This document shows, one piece after another, positions 17,785-25,766 of a DNA stretch of 25,876 nucleotides. The stretch is from a virus (lineage: Duplodnaviria; Caudoviricetes). The notes beneath the pieces are model-generated. The model did not search any database, was not told the origin of the DNA, and saw only the letters and a list, made by a program, of their open reading frames with translations. Each line of letters starts with the position of its first letter. Within the stretch, counting starts at the first letter, position 1. The position numbers were made by a program, and so were the translations under genes. Location of the stretch: positions 1 to 25,876 of the IMG/VR virus record IMGVR_UViG_3300028396_000040, one strand, 5' to 3'.

Positions 17785-18955
17785 TTCTTACTACCTTAAA
17801 TACCTGATTGTTATCTACTACTGTAGTTGTTCCGTCTATTTCTGTTTTAATTAATATCCTATAGTATCTTTCTGGTTGTAAACCGTCCATATATACATCA
17901 AAGTAATTTGAAGTATTGTCAGCGCTTAATTTAGTATATTGATCGTAGTCAAATACCATTTCTTCTGTGTTTTCATCTCTTAGACCCCAGAAGGAGCCTG
18001 TAGGTAATGTATGGTTAACTGTATACGCAGAACCTGTTGTAAATGTACGTATTGGGTTTTCCGGTCTTACATGTAATCTAAACCGTTGTTTTCCTTCATC
18101 TACATATTTACCTTTATTATTCTTAATAGACACTACTACATCTGGTGTTGTTATTTCTTGTAATGTTGAAGAGTGTGAGTAATCACTCCACTGTAATTCA
18201 AGGAAGGGTGGGTATATTGTATTAGTATCTTCCCCGTAATACTTTAACCTTATAGTAGATGTTTCGTTAAATTCAATCGAATCTTCTGATTTAACTATAA
18301 ATCCATTATTACTAAGGTACCCGTTAGTCATATACACGGTAGCGTTTGTTACGTCTATATCTACGTCATGAGTTGAATTCTTGTTGAATGATTGACTCCC
18401 TGAGAGTGTTGTCGGTGCGCTTCCTGATGTAAAGTACCAGCTTCCGCCTCCTGAAAGTCCTACTTCAAAGGAAGAAGTCGTATGTAGTTCGTTAGTATTT
18501 AAAGTAAACCCTAATTCAGTTGATGTTGTAATTTGCTGAGAAACAGTAGCCCATGGGTGATTAGTCCCTGCTAGTCTATTTACCCAGCTACAGCCTGTTT
18601 TATTCACTGGTATATCTCCGAATTTTCCTGTTCCTTCATCCCATGTTTCTGCTATCGGATGAGCTGTTAGTGTGTAATTAATCGGTAATTCATTTGCATA
18701 ATTTAAAGCTAGGTTTAATTTAGCTTTAAAAGGAATAGTAAGTGTTTCATCAATAGGGTAACTTACCCCTGCTTTATCTTCTAATACCTGCTTGATTTCT
18801 ACTTCATCAAATTTGATCAGACTTCTTAGTGTTTGCCCTGAATCAGATGTAGGGTATCCTCCGACTTCTAATAGTTCGTCTCGTCCTGTGTTTGCGGTAG
18901 ATCTCTCTGTGGAGATGAATGCGTCTTGGATTGGGAATATTCTGTATTTAGCCAT
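17777..18955 (-). CDS. DNRLRE-type (CBM96/disaggregatase-related fold) baseplate-associated protein
   Basis: IFPIQDAFIS...NTGRDELLEVG...RSLIKFD...AKLNL...PIAETWDEGTG...GGGSW...DIDVT...NNGFIVK...PPFLELQW. Confidence 0.6.
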   Translation of the reverse strand: MAKYRIFPIQDAFISTERSTANTGRDELLEVGGYPTSDSGQTLRSLIKFDEVEIKQVLEDKAGVSYPIDETLTIPFKAKLNLALNYANELPINYTLTAHPIAETWDEGTGKFGDIPVNKTGCSWVNRLAGTNHPWATVSQQITTSTELGFTLNTNELHTTSSFEVGLSGGGSWYFTSGSAPTTLSGSQSFNKNSTHDVDIDVTNATVYMTNGYLSNNGFIVKSEDSIEFNETSTIRLKYYGEDTNTIYPPFLELQWSDYSHSSTLQEITTPDVVVSIKNNKGKYVDEGKQRFRLHVRPENPIRTFTTGSAYTVNHTLPTGSFWGLRDENTEEMVFDYDQYTKLSADNTSNYFDVYMDGLQPERYYRILIKTEIDGTTTVVDNNQVFKVVRNG

Positions 18956-18956
18956 A

Positions 18957-20765
18957 TTATAAAGTTGTTATTCTACCCTTTATATCTGTATCTGGATATT
19001 TGACTTCAAATATCATTGGATCTAAAGACGGGTAAAGTATATTGTTTTTCATTGCTCCCATAACGTCATAGTCGTAAAGAGAATAACCTTCTCCTGATAA
19101 GCTTTCTAATTCTATGCTCTGTACTGTTTGAACTCCTTTTACTCTATCTAGTAATGTGTATATTGCTGATATATTTATCGGTTGATTAATTGACCAATTA
19201 TCTATATTAAAGTGGTTCCTTAAAGCATCTGTACATCCTTTTAGTATCTCTCTTGAATTCATATTAGGTAGTGCAATAATATCAAACTTAACTCCTAAAT
19301 TTATAGTAAATGCATCCTTAATTGTTAACCCATCTGTCAGCATCATAAAAGGAGCTAGGTATCTTCTTAAGTTAGATTTCAATTCTGGTGATGCTTTAAT
19401 TGTGTTCTTTTGGTTATCGTAAGCTAAAACATATAAAGTTACCCCTAGTGGGTTATCTGGATCATTATGTGCGTCTGCAGCTACTATTGATTCTTGCTGT
19501 GTAACATACGTCTTAGCAATTGAACCATACTGAGAAGGCATTGTCATAGCTCTAAACGCAAAGTCTTGAGCAGTCACCATTCTACCTTGTTCGTTAAACG
19601 CTTTTAAAGAGTTCTGCCTTAGCTCTTCTAGAGTGTCTCCATCCTTACCGCCTGTTGCTGGTTTTGGATTATTTACTGATAATGTATCTGAATATGTTAG
19701 ATCTGCAGCAGTCTTATTTATACTCTCTATAGTACCTAAAGTATTAGCTTCTACATTTGATTCTATACCGCCTCCTCTTAAATACCTAATAGTTAGAGTT
19801 GTGTTAGCAGGAGCATTTCCGTAAGCACCTGAATATAAGAAGTTTGAAGGATCGTAAGCCTGTAAACTTCTATTTTTACCCTCCATAGGTACTGGTGATC
19901 CTACATTTGTCGGGTTAGGTAGGAAAGCATCTACACTATCTGTTGCAGTCCCGGCTCCGAACTGTATTAGTAGTTGTCCGATTGAATTAAACCGTGTAAC
20001 AAATCTATTAGGTGTTTTTGATGTGGATACCAAATACGGAACTTTGTTTGAATTATCTCCTGTATTAACAGAATCATTATAAACTGTTTCTTGACCTAAG
20101 AATGGTACTTCTTTCCATACACTGTTATTACTGTCTACAATGTCAATAATACCTATAATATCAGAATCTTCTATTGTTAGTGTCAAAAATTTTGATGCTG
20201 TACCTATAGTCTCTGTCTGAGTGATTATCTCCCCACTCTTAGCTTTCACTTTCTTAATTAGTTCGTATTCTGCTGGTAGATTGTTATCAATTGAGTATAC
20301 GAGTGCTTCTGTTGGGTCGTAAGAGCTAGAAAAAGAAAAATCTACTTGATCTTCTATTAAAAACTTCTGTACTCCGTTTGAGACAACGCTATTAGCTCCT
20401 ATTGATAATGCTTGTGCGAAGTTAGGGACATACTCTGATCCAGATGCTGCAACTCTTTGTCTTAATTCTATCTCTACAGAAGCAGCAGCAGTAGTCTTTG
20501 GTCTATATCCCATTTGATATGCCAATGTGTAAAGGTTACTTGGATCTTGTGCATACTGTAAATATGTTTCTTGTAGCTGTGAATCTTGATAGTATGACAA
20601 TATATCTCCTACGTATGCTGCCATTTCTACAAACATCATACCTGGTGATGTTGGTGAGAAGTCATTGTATGTGTCCGGGAAGTAGTTCTTAGCTAAGTCT
20701 ACTAATTGCGATTTTAAACTATTAAAATCTTTATCTGTATATTTTATGTTAACGTCTTGAGCCAT
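18957..20765 (-). CDS. gp6: Baseplate wedge subunit (T4 gp6 / baseplate J family)
   Basis: KDFNSLKSQL...YNDFSPTSPGMMFVEMAAYVGDILSYYQD...LAYQMGYRP and GGKDGDTLEELRQN...QGRMVTAQDF. It directly follows gp25. Confidence 0.9.
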   Translation of the reverse strand: MAQDVNIKYTDKDFNSLKSQLVDLAKNYFPDTYNDFSPTSPGMMFVEMAAYVGDILSYYQDSQLQETYLQYAQDPSNLYTLAYQMGYRPKTTAAASVEIELRQRVAASGSEYVPNFAQALSIGANSVVSNGVQKFLIEDQVDFSFSSSYDPTEALVYSIDNNLPAEYELIKKVKAKSGEIITQTETIGTASKFLTLTIEDSDIIGIIDIVDSNNSVWKEVPFLGQETVYNDSVNTGDNSNKVPYLVSTSKTPNRFVTRFNSIGQLLIQFGAGTATDSVDAFLPNPTNVGSPVPMEGKNRSLQAYDPSNFLYSGAYGNAPANTTLTIRYLRGGGIESNVEANTLGTIESINKTAADLTYSDTLSVNNPKPATGGKDGDTLEELRQNSLKAFNEQGRMVTAQDFAFRAMTMPSQYGSIAKTYVTQQESIVAADAHNDPDNPLGVTLYVLAYDNQKNTIKASPELKSNLRRYLAPFMMLTDGLTIKDAFTINLGVKFDIIALPNMNSREILKGCTDALRNHFNIDNWSINQPINISAIYTLLDRVKGVQTVQSIELESLSGEGYSLYDYDVMGAMKNNILYPSLDPMIFEVKYPDTDIKGRITTL

Positions 20766-21175
20766 TATTGTTCGAAGTTAATTGTTATTTCATCCTCTGT
20801 TTCGGTATCTCGTATGTTAAACTTAAGAGAGAATAGTATTGTGTTATCATCTACAGCACTTGTTAAAGTGAGTTCTTTTATATTTAAATTAGGGAAGTAA
20901 GTTAATAATTCTTCACGTATCAATAGCTCTAAACTTGTTAGGTTATCTCTATTAATGTTGGCGAATATTAAATTACGTATACCTGAACCGAATGCAGGAT
21001 TAAAGTACCTTTCTCCTTTACCTGTTAGTATGAAGTTAATTAAGTTAGATTTAATAGCATCTTTTGTTTCATACGAAGAATTAAACACAGCTTTACCTGA
21101 AAGAGGAACTGTAATGCCTACCGCTCTCCTTTTTTCTAAGTCTATAGGGTTAATTCGTTTTGCTCCGTATGCCAT
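20765..21175 (-). CDS. gp25: Baseplate wedge / sheath-initiator protein (GPW/gp25 family)
   Basis: AIKSNLINFILTGKGERYFNPAFGSGIRNLIF signature; 136 aa. Confidence 0.9.
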   Translation of the reverse strand: MAYGAKRINPIDLEKRRAVGITVPLSGKAVFNSSYETKDAIKSNLINFILTGKGERYFNPAFGSGIRNLIFANINRDNLTSLELLIREELLTYFPNLNIKELTLTSAVDDNTILFSLKFNIRDTETEDEITINFEQ

Positions 21176-21181
21176 ATTGTA

Positions 21182-21601
21182 TTACCTTTTTATCTTATTA
21201 GCAGCATTATATACTTCTCCTGCTTTCTTAACAAAGTCTAGATTGTTTATATCTATACCCGGTGCTCCTCCGCTATTTCTTCCCATTTGAGAAGCTACAT
21301 TTGATGCCATGCTGTGACCTGGTGATACCATATCTGATGTTCCGGAGAATACATTTCTGTACTCTTCATTAGTCATGTTCTTTTTAGTCATTGAAAGCAT
21401 TTCATCTAAAGTAGTCTTACCCATTACTGGGTTCAATTTGCTTGGTGCTTTCTGTTCTACTTGAACAGGTTTAGCAGGTGTTTCTGTAAATGTTGGTGTA
21501 CTCGCCGCTTTAACTGCCTCGTTCATTACCTCTTGTAACTCTTCCTTGACAGCTGATCTTACTTCTTCGCGAATAATTTTACGTAGTTGATCTAGTTTCA
21601 T
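21182..21601 (-). CDS. Hypothetical phage protein
   Basis: 139-aa ORF with an N-terminal amphipathic helix LRKIIREEVRSAVKEEL. TATTTATA lies 3 nt upstream. Confidence 0.7.
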   Translation of the reverse strand: MKLDQLRKIIREEVRSAVKEELQEVMNEAVKAASTPTFTETPAKPVQVEQKAPSKLNPVMGKTTLDEMLSMTKKNMTNEEYRNVFSGTSDMVSPGHSMASNVASQMGRNSGGAPGIDINNLDFVKKAGEVYNAANKIKR

Positions 21602-21604
21602 ATA

Positions 21605-21612
21605 TATAAATA
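21605..21612 (-). promoter_or_regulatory. TATTTATA motif, putative phage late promoter
   Basis: Exact octamer only 3 nt before the ATG at 21601, in a 17-nt gap. Confidence 0.65.
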
Positions 21613-21618
21613 GTTAGT

Positions 21619-22461
21619 TTATGGAAGTTGATTATTAATTCTAAATTTTATTTCGTCTACCAGTATTCTTGTAGAAGAACTAAACGATGGTGGACCTTTT
21701 AATACCTGTACACCTTGTGAGTTTTCTACTACTGCATATCTTCTTGGAGCAAATTCTGGTGAATTCTTATCTACTAATATCTTTATAGTGTATTCAGTAC
21801 CTATACCATCTGGGTTCGGTTTAAAATACTTAAATGTATTAGCTTCTACCTGATTTGTTAATCCTGCATTAGAAGGTAAGTTTTCTATACCTGCTAGTAT
21901 TCTATCTTTATCCTCTTGTGGAAGGTTTTCAACACAAGACCAAAGTTTAATATCTATTGACTCCAGCTTTGCTTTCAATGGATCTAATCCTGAGAATCCT
22001 AAATCTGTCAAGTCTTTAATTGCTTGTTGATCTTTATACAACATATCTACTATTTGACATGCTAGGTTAAGTAACTGTGCAAATCTATTTTGTGCTCCTA
22101 CAGATACTGAAAATATAACACCACCACTAGGTCCTGGAGGTAATCCGATTGTTCCTGGTATGGCTATCATCTCTAATATAGTTACTGTCACTTTCCCTGC
22201 TTTAATAGGTGGGTCTAATATATCAGCAAACTTCTTAACTGGTTCAATCTTCTTTTCAAGTCCATTAATTGCATTTAATAGATTGTCTCTCACTTTTAAT
22301 ATCTTCTCTATCTCTGCTACGGGAGGGCAGATAGAACCAAGTAGCTTTTGCTGTATCTTTGATACCTCTTTTAATACTAGTGCATACACTCTTGCTTCTA
22401 GTTGACCTAAAAATTTTGCTATAAACTCTGCGAGTTTCGATGGTGGAATACTACATGGCAT
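21619..22461 (-). CDS. Hypothetical helical protein with hydrophobic Gly/Pro hairpin
   Basis: 280-aa ORF coupled by a TAATG overlap to the gp5-like gene. It contains VTVTILEMIAIPGTIGLPPGPSGGVIFSVSVGA. Confidence 0.65.
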   Translation of the reverse strand: MPCSIPPSKLAEFIAKFLGQLEARVYALVLKEVSKIQQKLLGSICPPVAEIEKILKVRDNLLNAINGLEKKIEPVKKFADILDPPIKAGKVTVTILEMIAIPGTIGLPPGPSGGVIFSVSVGAQNRFAQLLNLACQIVDMLYKDQQAIKDLTDLGFSGLDPLKAKLESIDIKLWSCVENLPQEDKDRILAGIENLPSNAGLTNQVEANTFKYFKPNPDGIGTEYTIKILVDKNSPEFAPRRYAVVENSQGVQVLKGPPSFSSSTRILVDEIKFRINNQLP

Positions 22462-23630
22462 TATTCTACAAAGGTTTTAGTTGATTTTAAGAGTGATTTA
22501 CCTTTTGGGTTTATTCTATTCTTTAATGATTTAAAAGCACCTAATGAAGAGGCACCTTTCATATTAATTTGCGGTATAGCATCTCCTTTAACTGTTTTTG
22601 CTTTCATCATTGCTTTTGCCATACCCTCCAGTACATCTATTACATCCTGTAAGTATGTTTCAACTTGATGTCCTAACATTACAGGTTGTTTAGCATTTCC
22701 ATCTGCTGTTCTAGCACGAGAGCCTATATAGATTTTATCAGCATCTATACACATATAATCTTCTCCGTCTATGTTAACTGTTTTTGAATTAATACCTATA
22801 GATTCCTGACCAGATATTAGAACTTCATTTGATCGAGCGTTTAGTACTAGTCTATCTGAGTTTAGTAGTAGCTGTGAACCTTGAAACTTTGAAGGAGTGT
22901 CTGGGCTTTTATCATATGAAGATCTTTTATTATTTGCTAAGAATAGAGGGACAGAGTGATCTGATGTGAAATATATAGAAGAAGGATCTTCATTAATATC
23001 TTCTACAATATGACTAAACCCGTTCTGTGTTTCTCTTTGACCGTTGCTTATTACTATAAAAGGTTTATCTTTATTGGAATCATCAGTTAACTTATTTTCT
23101 TCTATCTCCGTACCGGACATTCTTATCGTTTGCCCTAACCTTCCTGATATTATCGTATCACCTGGGAATGGTTGAAGTGGGGCTAACTTATCGTTTATGT
23201 CGAATGCTTCGCCTATATTAACTCCTTCTTGATCTATATCAGTTGGAAATGCACTATGGTGTGGATGGTTCCAGAGGTTGTAAGCAGTTTGATAGTATTT
23301 TCTAGAGTAACTACTTGCTTGCCCTAGGTTGGTACCTGGTCCTGTTTGTATTAATATAATTTCATTCTTTACAGGGAGTGTATTAATATCCCTATTTAAC
23401 GGATAAGCAATACCTGAGTACACTGTATCCCCTGTATCGGATGTATCCACTCCGTCTGCTAGATCTATATACAATACAACACCTATTGAATCCGGTCCTC
23501 CGTATTGATCATAGTATTTATGTTCAGAATTTAATATAACATCTACAACTCTACCGGGATTAAGATTACCTCTATCACCGCTAGTCAGATCTCCTGTTTG
23601 AGATTTTGTTCTATAGTTATTATCTAACAT
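22461..23630 (-). CDS. Putative baseplate hub/central spike (gp5/gpV-like), no lysozyme domain apparent
   Basis: OB-fold-like N-terminus (GRVVDVIL...AYPL...LPVKNEIILI), GDTIISGRLGQTIRMSG, short beta-strand repeats (LLLNSDRLVLNARSNEVLISGQESIGINS...KIYIGS...QPVMLG), and its position upstream of gp25. Confidence 0.6.
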   Translation of the reverse strand: MLDNNYRTKSQTGDLTSGDRGNLNPGRVVDVILNSEHKYYDQYGGPDSIGVVLYIDLADGVDTSDTGDTVYSGIAYPLNRDINTLPVKNEIILIQTGPGTNLGQASSYSRKYYQTAYNLWNHPHHSAFPTDIDQEGVNIGEAFDINDKLAPLQPFPGDTIISGRLGQTIRMSGTEIEENKLTDDSNKDKPFIVISNGQRETQNGFSHIVEDINEDPSSIYFTSDHSVPLFLANNKRSSYDKSPDTPSKFQGSQLLLNSDRLVLNARSNEVLISGQESIGINSKTVNIDGEDYMCIDADKIYIGSRARTADGNAKQPVMLGHQVETYLQDVIDVLEGMAKAMMKAKTVKGDAIPQINMKGASSLGAFKSLKNRINPKGKSLLKSTKTFVE

Positions 23631-23635
23631 ACCTA

Positions 23636-24004
23636 CTACTCTTTTTCTTCTGACTTATCAGATGATGCCTCTACTTCTTCTTGTATTTCTTCAGTTTCTT
23701 CTAATAGAGACTGTAACGAATCAAAATCAAATAGATCATTTCCGTCTCCTTTTGTCTGTGCTATCTCTATTCTCTGAATGATAGTGGCTAGCTTTATTAA
23801 AGCATCATCATTCTTAACTCCTATCTCCATATACTCTTTAATCATTGGTACTATCAAAGTAGCATCACCAATGTTCTCTATAAGAGGTTTTAATTCTCCT
23901 ATAAGAGCTTTTACTTGAGATTTCGTTTCTTTTGAGTTATCGTAGATTTCACCAAAAAGATCAGAAAGGCTTTTACCTTTAAATATTTCTTTATCAGTAC
24001 TCAT
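23636..24004 (-). CDS. Hypothetical helical phage protein with acidic C-terminus
   Basis: 122-aa ORF packed between its neighbours, with TATTTATA 10 nt upstream. Confidence 0.7.
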   Translation of the reverse strand: MSTDKEIFKGKSLSDLFGEIYDNSKETKSQVKALIGELKPLIENIGDATLIVPMIKEYMEIGVKNDDALIKLATIIQRIEIAQTKGDGNDLFDFDSLQSLLEETEEIQEEVEASSDKSEEKE

Positions 24005-24014
24005 GTTCTTTTCT

Positions 24015-24022
24015 TATAAATA
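24015..24022 (-). promoter_or_regulatory. TATTTATA motif, putative first late promoter of the structural cluster
   Basis: Exact octamer 3 nt after the sigma gene stop codon and 10 nt before the ATG at 24004. Confidence 0.7.
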
Positions 24023-24025
24023 GAT

Positions 24026-24730
24026 TTAAAGTACCTTTGTGCGGATTAATCCTACTTCATTATATTTTTCATATAATTTATAGAATTCTACTTTAAGCTT
24101 ATTTACTACTTTAGTTAAATGAGGAGTTTCGCAATCTGTCATTTCCCTAATATATATGTAAAGAGCTTTCTTTTTAAATATATCTAAGTCTTGTCTTGTC
24201 TTAAATATAGTAAGAATTGCGTCTGCTATGTTCTTTTCGCTATCCTTTACAAATAATTCATCTAACTCTTCATACATCTGATCTACATACATATCCAAGA
24301 AGAAGCCTAAAGAGATAGCATTTTCATCATCTACTCTGTAGTCGGTATCATAACCGTCTTCCATTTCGTTGAAAGTACCTATCTTCTTAAGCTTCTTGTA
24401 GTTTTTATTATTGTAGTTAATTAACCAACGTTTAACAATAGTTCCGAAGTAGGAATAAGCCTTAGCTCCGTTGTTCTTATCAAACTTATCAATCTTCTCT
24501 TCTAATAACATAGAAACAACCTCATGTTTGAGGTCTTCTATTCTATCAACATCTGTATAATAGAATTTAAAAGTATGTATTATATTCTCAGCTAGTTTAT
24601 AGAAAGGGTAATATATATGTTCTGTAAAGATACCATTCCTATATTGCTGGTTTGTTGATTCGTTGTACTTATTAATGTATTCTTCTGTTTCTGAAGTAAA
24701 GTAATTAGCTTTTGCTTTCTTTCTTGCCAT
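24026..24730 (-). CDS. gp55: Phage RNA polymerase sigma factor (T4 gp55-like late sigma)
   Basis: KLAENIIHTFKFYY...EDLKHEVVSMLLEEKIDKFDKNNGAKAYSYFGTIVKRWLINYNNK resembles sigma-70 region 2 / gp55 (FD...K..AY...). A C-terminal HTH-like segment (KKALYIYIREMTDCETPHLTKVVNKLK) is also present. Confidence 0.7.
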   Translation of the reverse strand: MARKKAKANYFTSETEEYINKYNESTNQQYRNGIFTEHIYYPFYKLAENIIHTFKFYYTDVDRIEDLKHEVVSMLLEEKIDKFDKNNGAKAYSYFGTIVKRWLINYNNKNYKKLKKIGTFNEMEDGYDTDYRVDDENAISLGFFLDMYVDQMYEELDELFVKDSEKNIADAILTIFKTRQDLDIFKKKALYIYIREMTDCETPHLTKVVNKLKVEFYKLYEKYNEVGLIRTKVL

Positions 24731-25025
24731 AATTTTGTGGGAGCATATATCGATCTAGTTCGTCTTGCACCTTTTTTAGTTGTGTAAAAAAATAACCGAC
24801 CTCATCATCTGACTTGAAAACCCCACGTTTGTCAAGATCATTAAGGTGCTTTTGTGAATCCCCTATTAAATTTGATATATTCTGTAGATATGTTGTTTGA
24901 TCAACGGTAACATCTTCATATTTCTCTACCTTACTTAACAAGTTAAAGACAATATACGATAATATTCCGGAAAAAACAACTAATATAGTAATTATTACGT
25001 AAAGAGTAGTAGGATGTATGTTCAT
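24705..25025 (-). CDS. Small single-pass membrane protein with coiled coil
   Basis: N-terminal hydrophobic helix LYVIITILVVFSGILSYIVFNLL. It overlaps the sigma gene start by 26 nt. Confidence 0.7.
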   Translation of the reverse strand: MNIHPTTLYVIITILVVFSGILSYIVFNLLSKVEKYEDVTVDQTTYLQNISNLIGDSQKHLNDLDKRGVFKSDDEVGYFFTQLKKVQDELDRYMLPQNYGKKESKS

Positions 25026-25026
25026 A

Positions 25027-25758
25027 TTATATATTTTTTAATAAATTAGTTAATCCTGCAGATGATTTTACTGGTCTTCCTGTAGAAGCTTTAGTTTTTT
25101 TAACTGATGGTTTAGAACTTCCTCCGTTTCTCTTCCACATATCGTATTCTACCTTAGAAGCTAAGAAGTCTGCTGTATGTAGTACTGAGATTAGTGATGT
25201 CTTTTGTCTAGATGATTCAACATTACTGAAAAAGTAAGCTTCATTTGCTTTATCAAACACTCCATCGTGACATCTTATACCTAAAAACTCTTTTTGATCT
25301 ACTTTAATACCAAACTTTTGTAAAATAAATAAAGATCTATCTGGAATTAACATAAATTGAAGATCTGGATTATAAGTATACATTTCTGAAAGCTTATCTT
25401 GTCTCCATTTATCAGTCTGAGGTATATAGTTTGGTTGATCTCCATCTCCTATCTTACCTAAATCATGGAAGAGGGCGGCAAATACTAATTGTTCTTCAGT
25501 ATAATCTAAAGTACCTCCCATTTTTTCATATAATCTAGACTGTTCTACAGCATATTGTACTACTCTATTAACATGATCTACATATCCACCGGCAAAAGCA
25601 TTGTGATACCAAGTTTTACCACTAGCAGGTGCCATAACATAGGTATCTTCCATATGTTTTAACATTTCCTTACAAGCAATAGCACGTCCACCTAAGTAGG
25701 TATCAATGATTTTTAAGTGTTTTTCGTAGTTTTTACCAATTTGTTCCGCATTTAACAT
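25027..25758 (-). CDS. HD-domain metal-dependent phosphohydrolase (YhaM-like HD domain)
   Basis: APASGKTWYHNAFAGGYVDHV...ALFHDLGKIG...IRCHDG...LHTADFLAS gives the H...HD...D catalytic set. Confidence 0.88.
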   Translation of the reverse strand: MLNAEQIGKNYEKHLKIIDTYLGGRAIACKEMLKHMEDTYVMAPASGKTWYHNAFAGGYVDHVNRVVQYAVEQSRLYEKMGGTLDYTEEQLVFAALFHDLGKIGDGDQPNYIPQTDKWRQDKLSEMYTYNPDLQFMLIPDRSLFILQKFGIKVDQKEFLGIRCHDGVFDKANEAYFFSNVESSRQKTSLISVLHTADFLASKVEYDMWKRNGGSSKPSVKKTKASTGRPVKSSAGLTNLLKNI

Positions 25759-25766
25759 AGATAACC

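Noticed and set aside
71-22405. All plus-strand ORFs in the track (e.g. 71..439 with AAADPLNTALL repeats, 1691..1879, 4496..4930, 7581..7898)
   Set aside because: They are antisense shadows of long minus-strand genes. They have no recognisable motifs, and their repeats simply mirror the minus-strand repeats.
10825-23638. Stop-codon reassignment (TAG to Gln) as in some large Bacteroidota phages
   Set aside because: The standard code gives full-length, densely packed genes. TAG occurs at plausible gene ends, and where I checked (12652, 16777, 17777) readthrough adds only a few residues. In particular it does not give the Hint domain a real C-extein.
23636-24004. 122-aa protein as a small terminase subunit
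   Set aside because: Size and helicity are compatible, but there is no diagnostic motif and no large terminase nearby.
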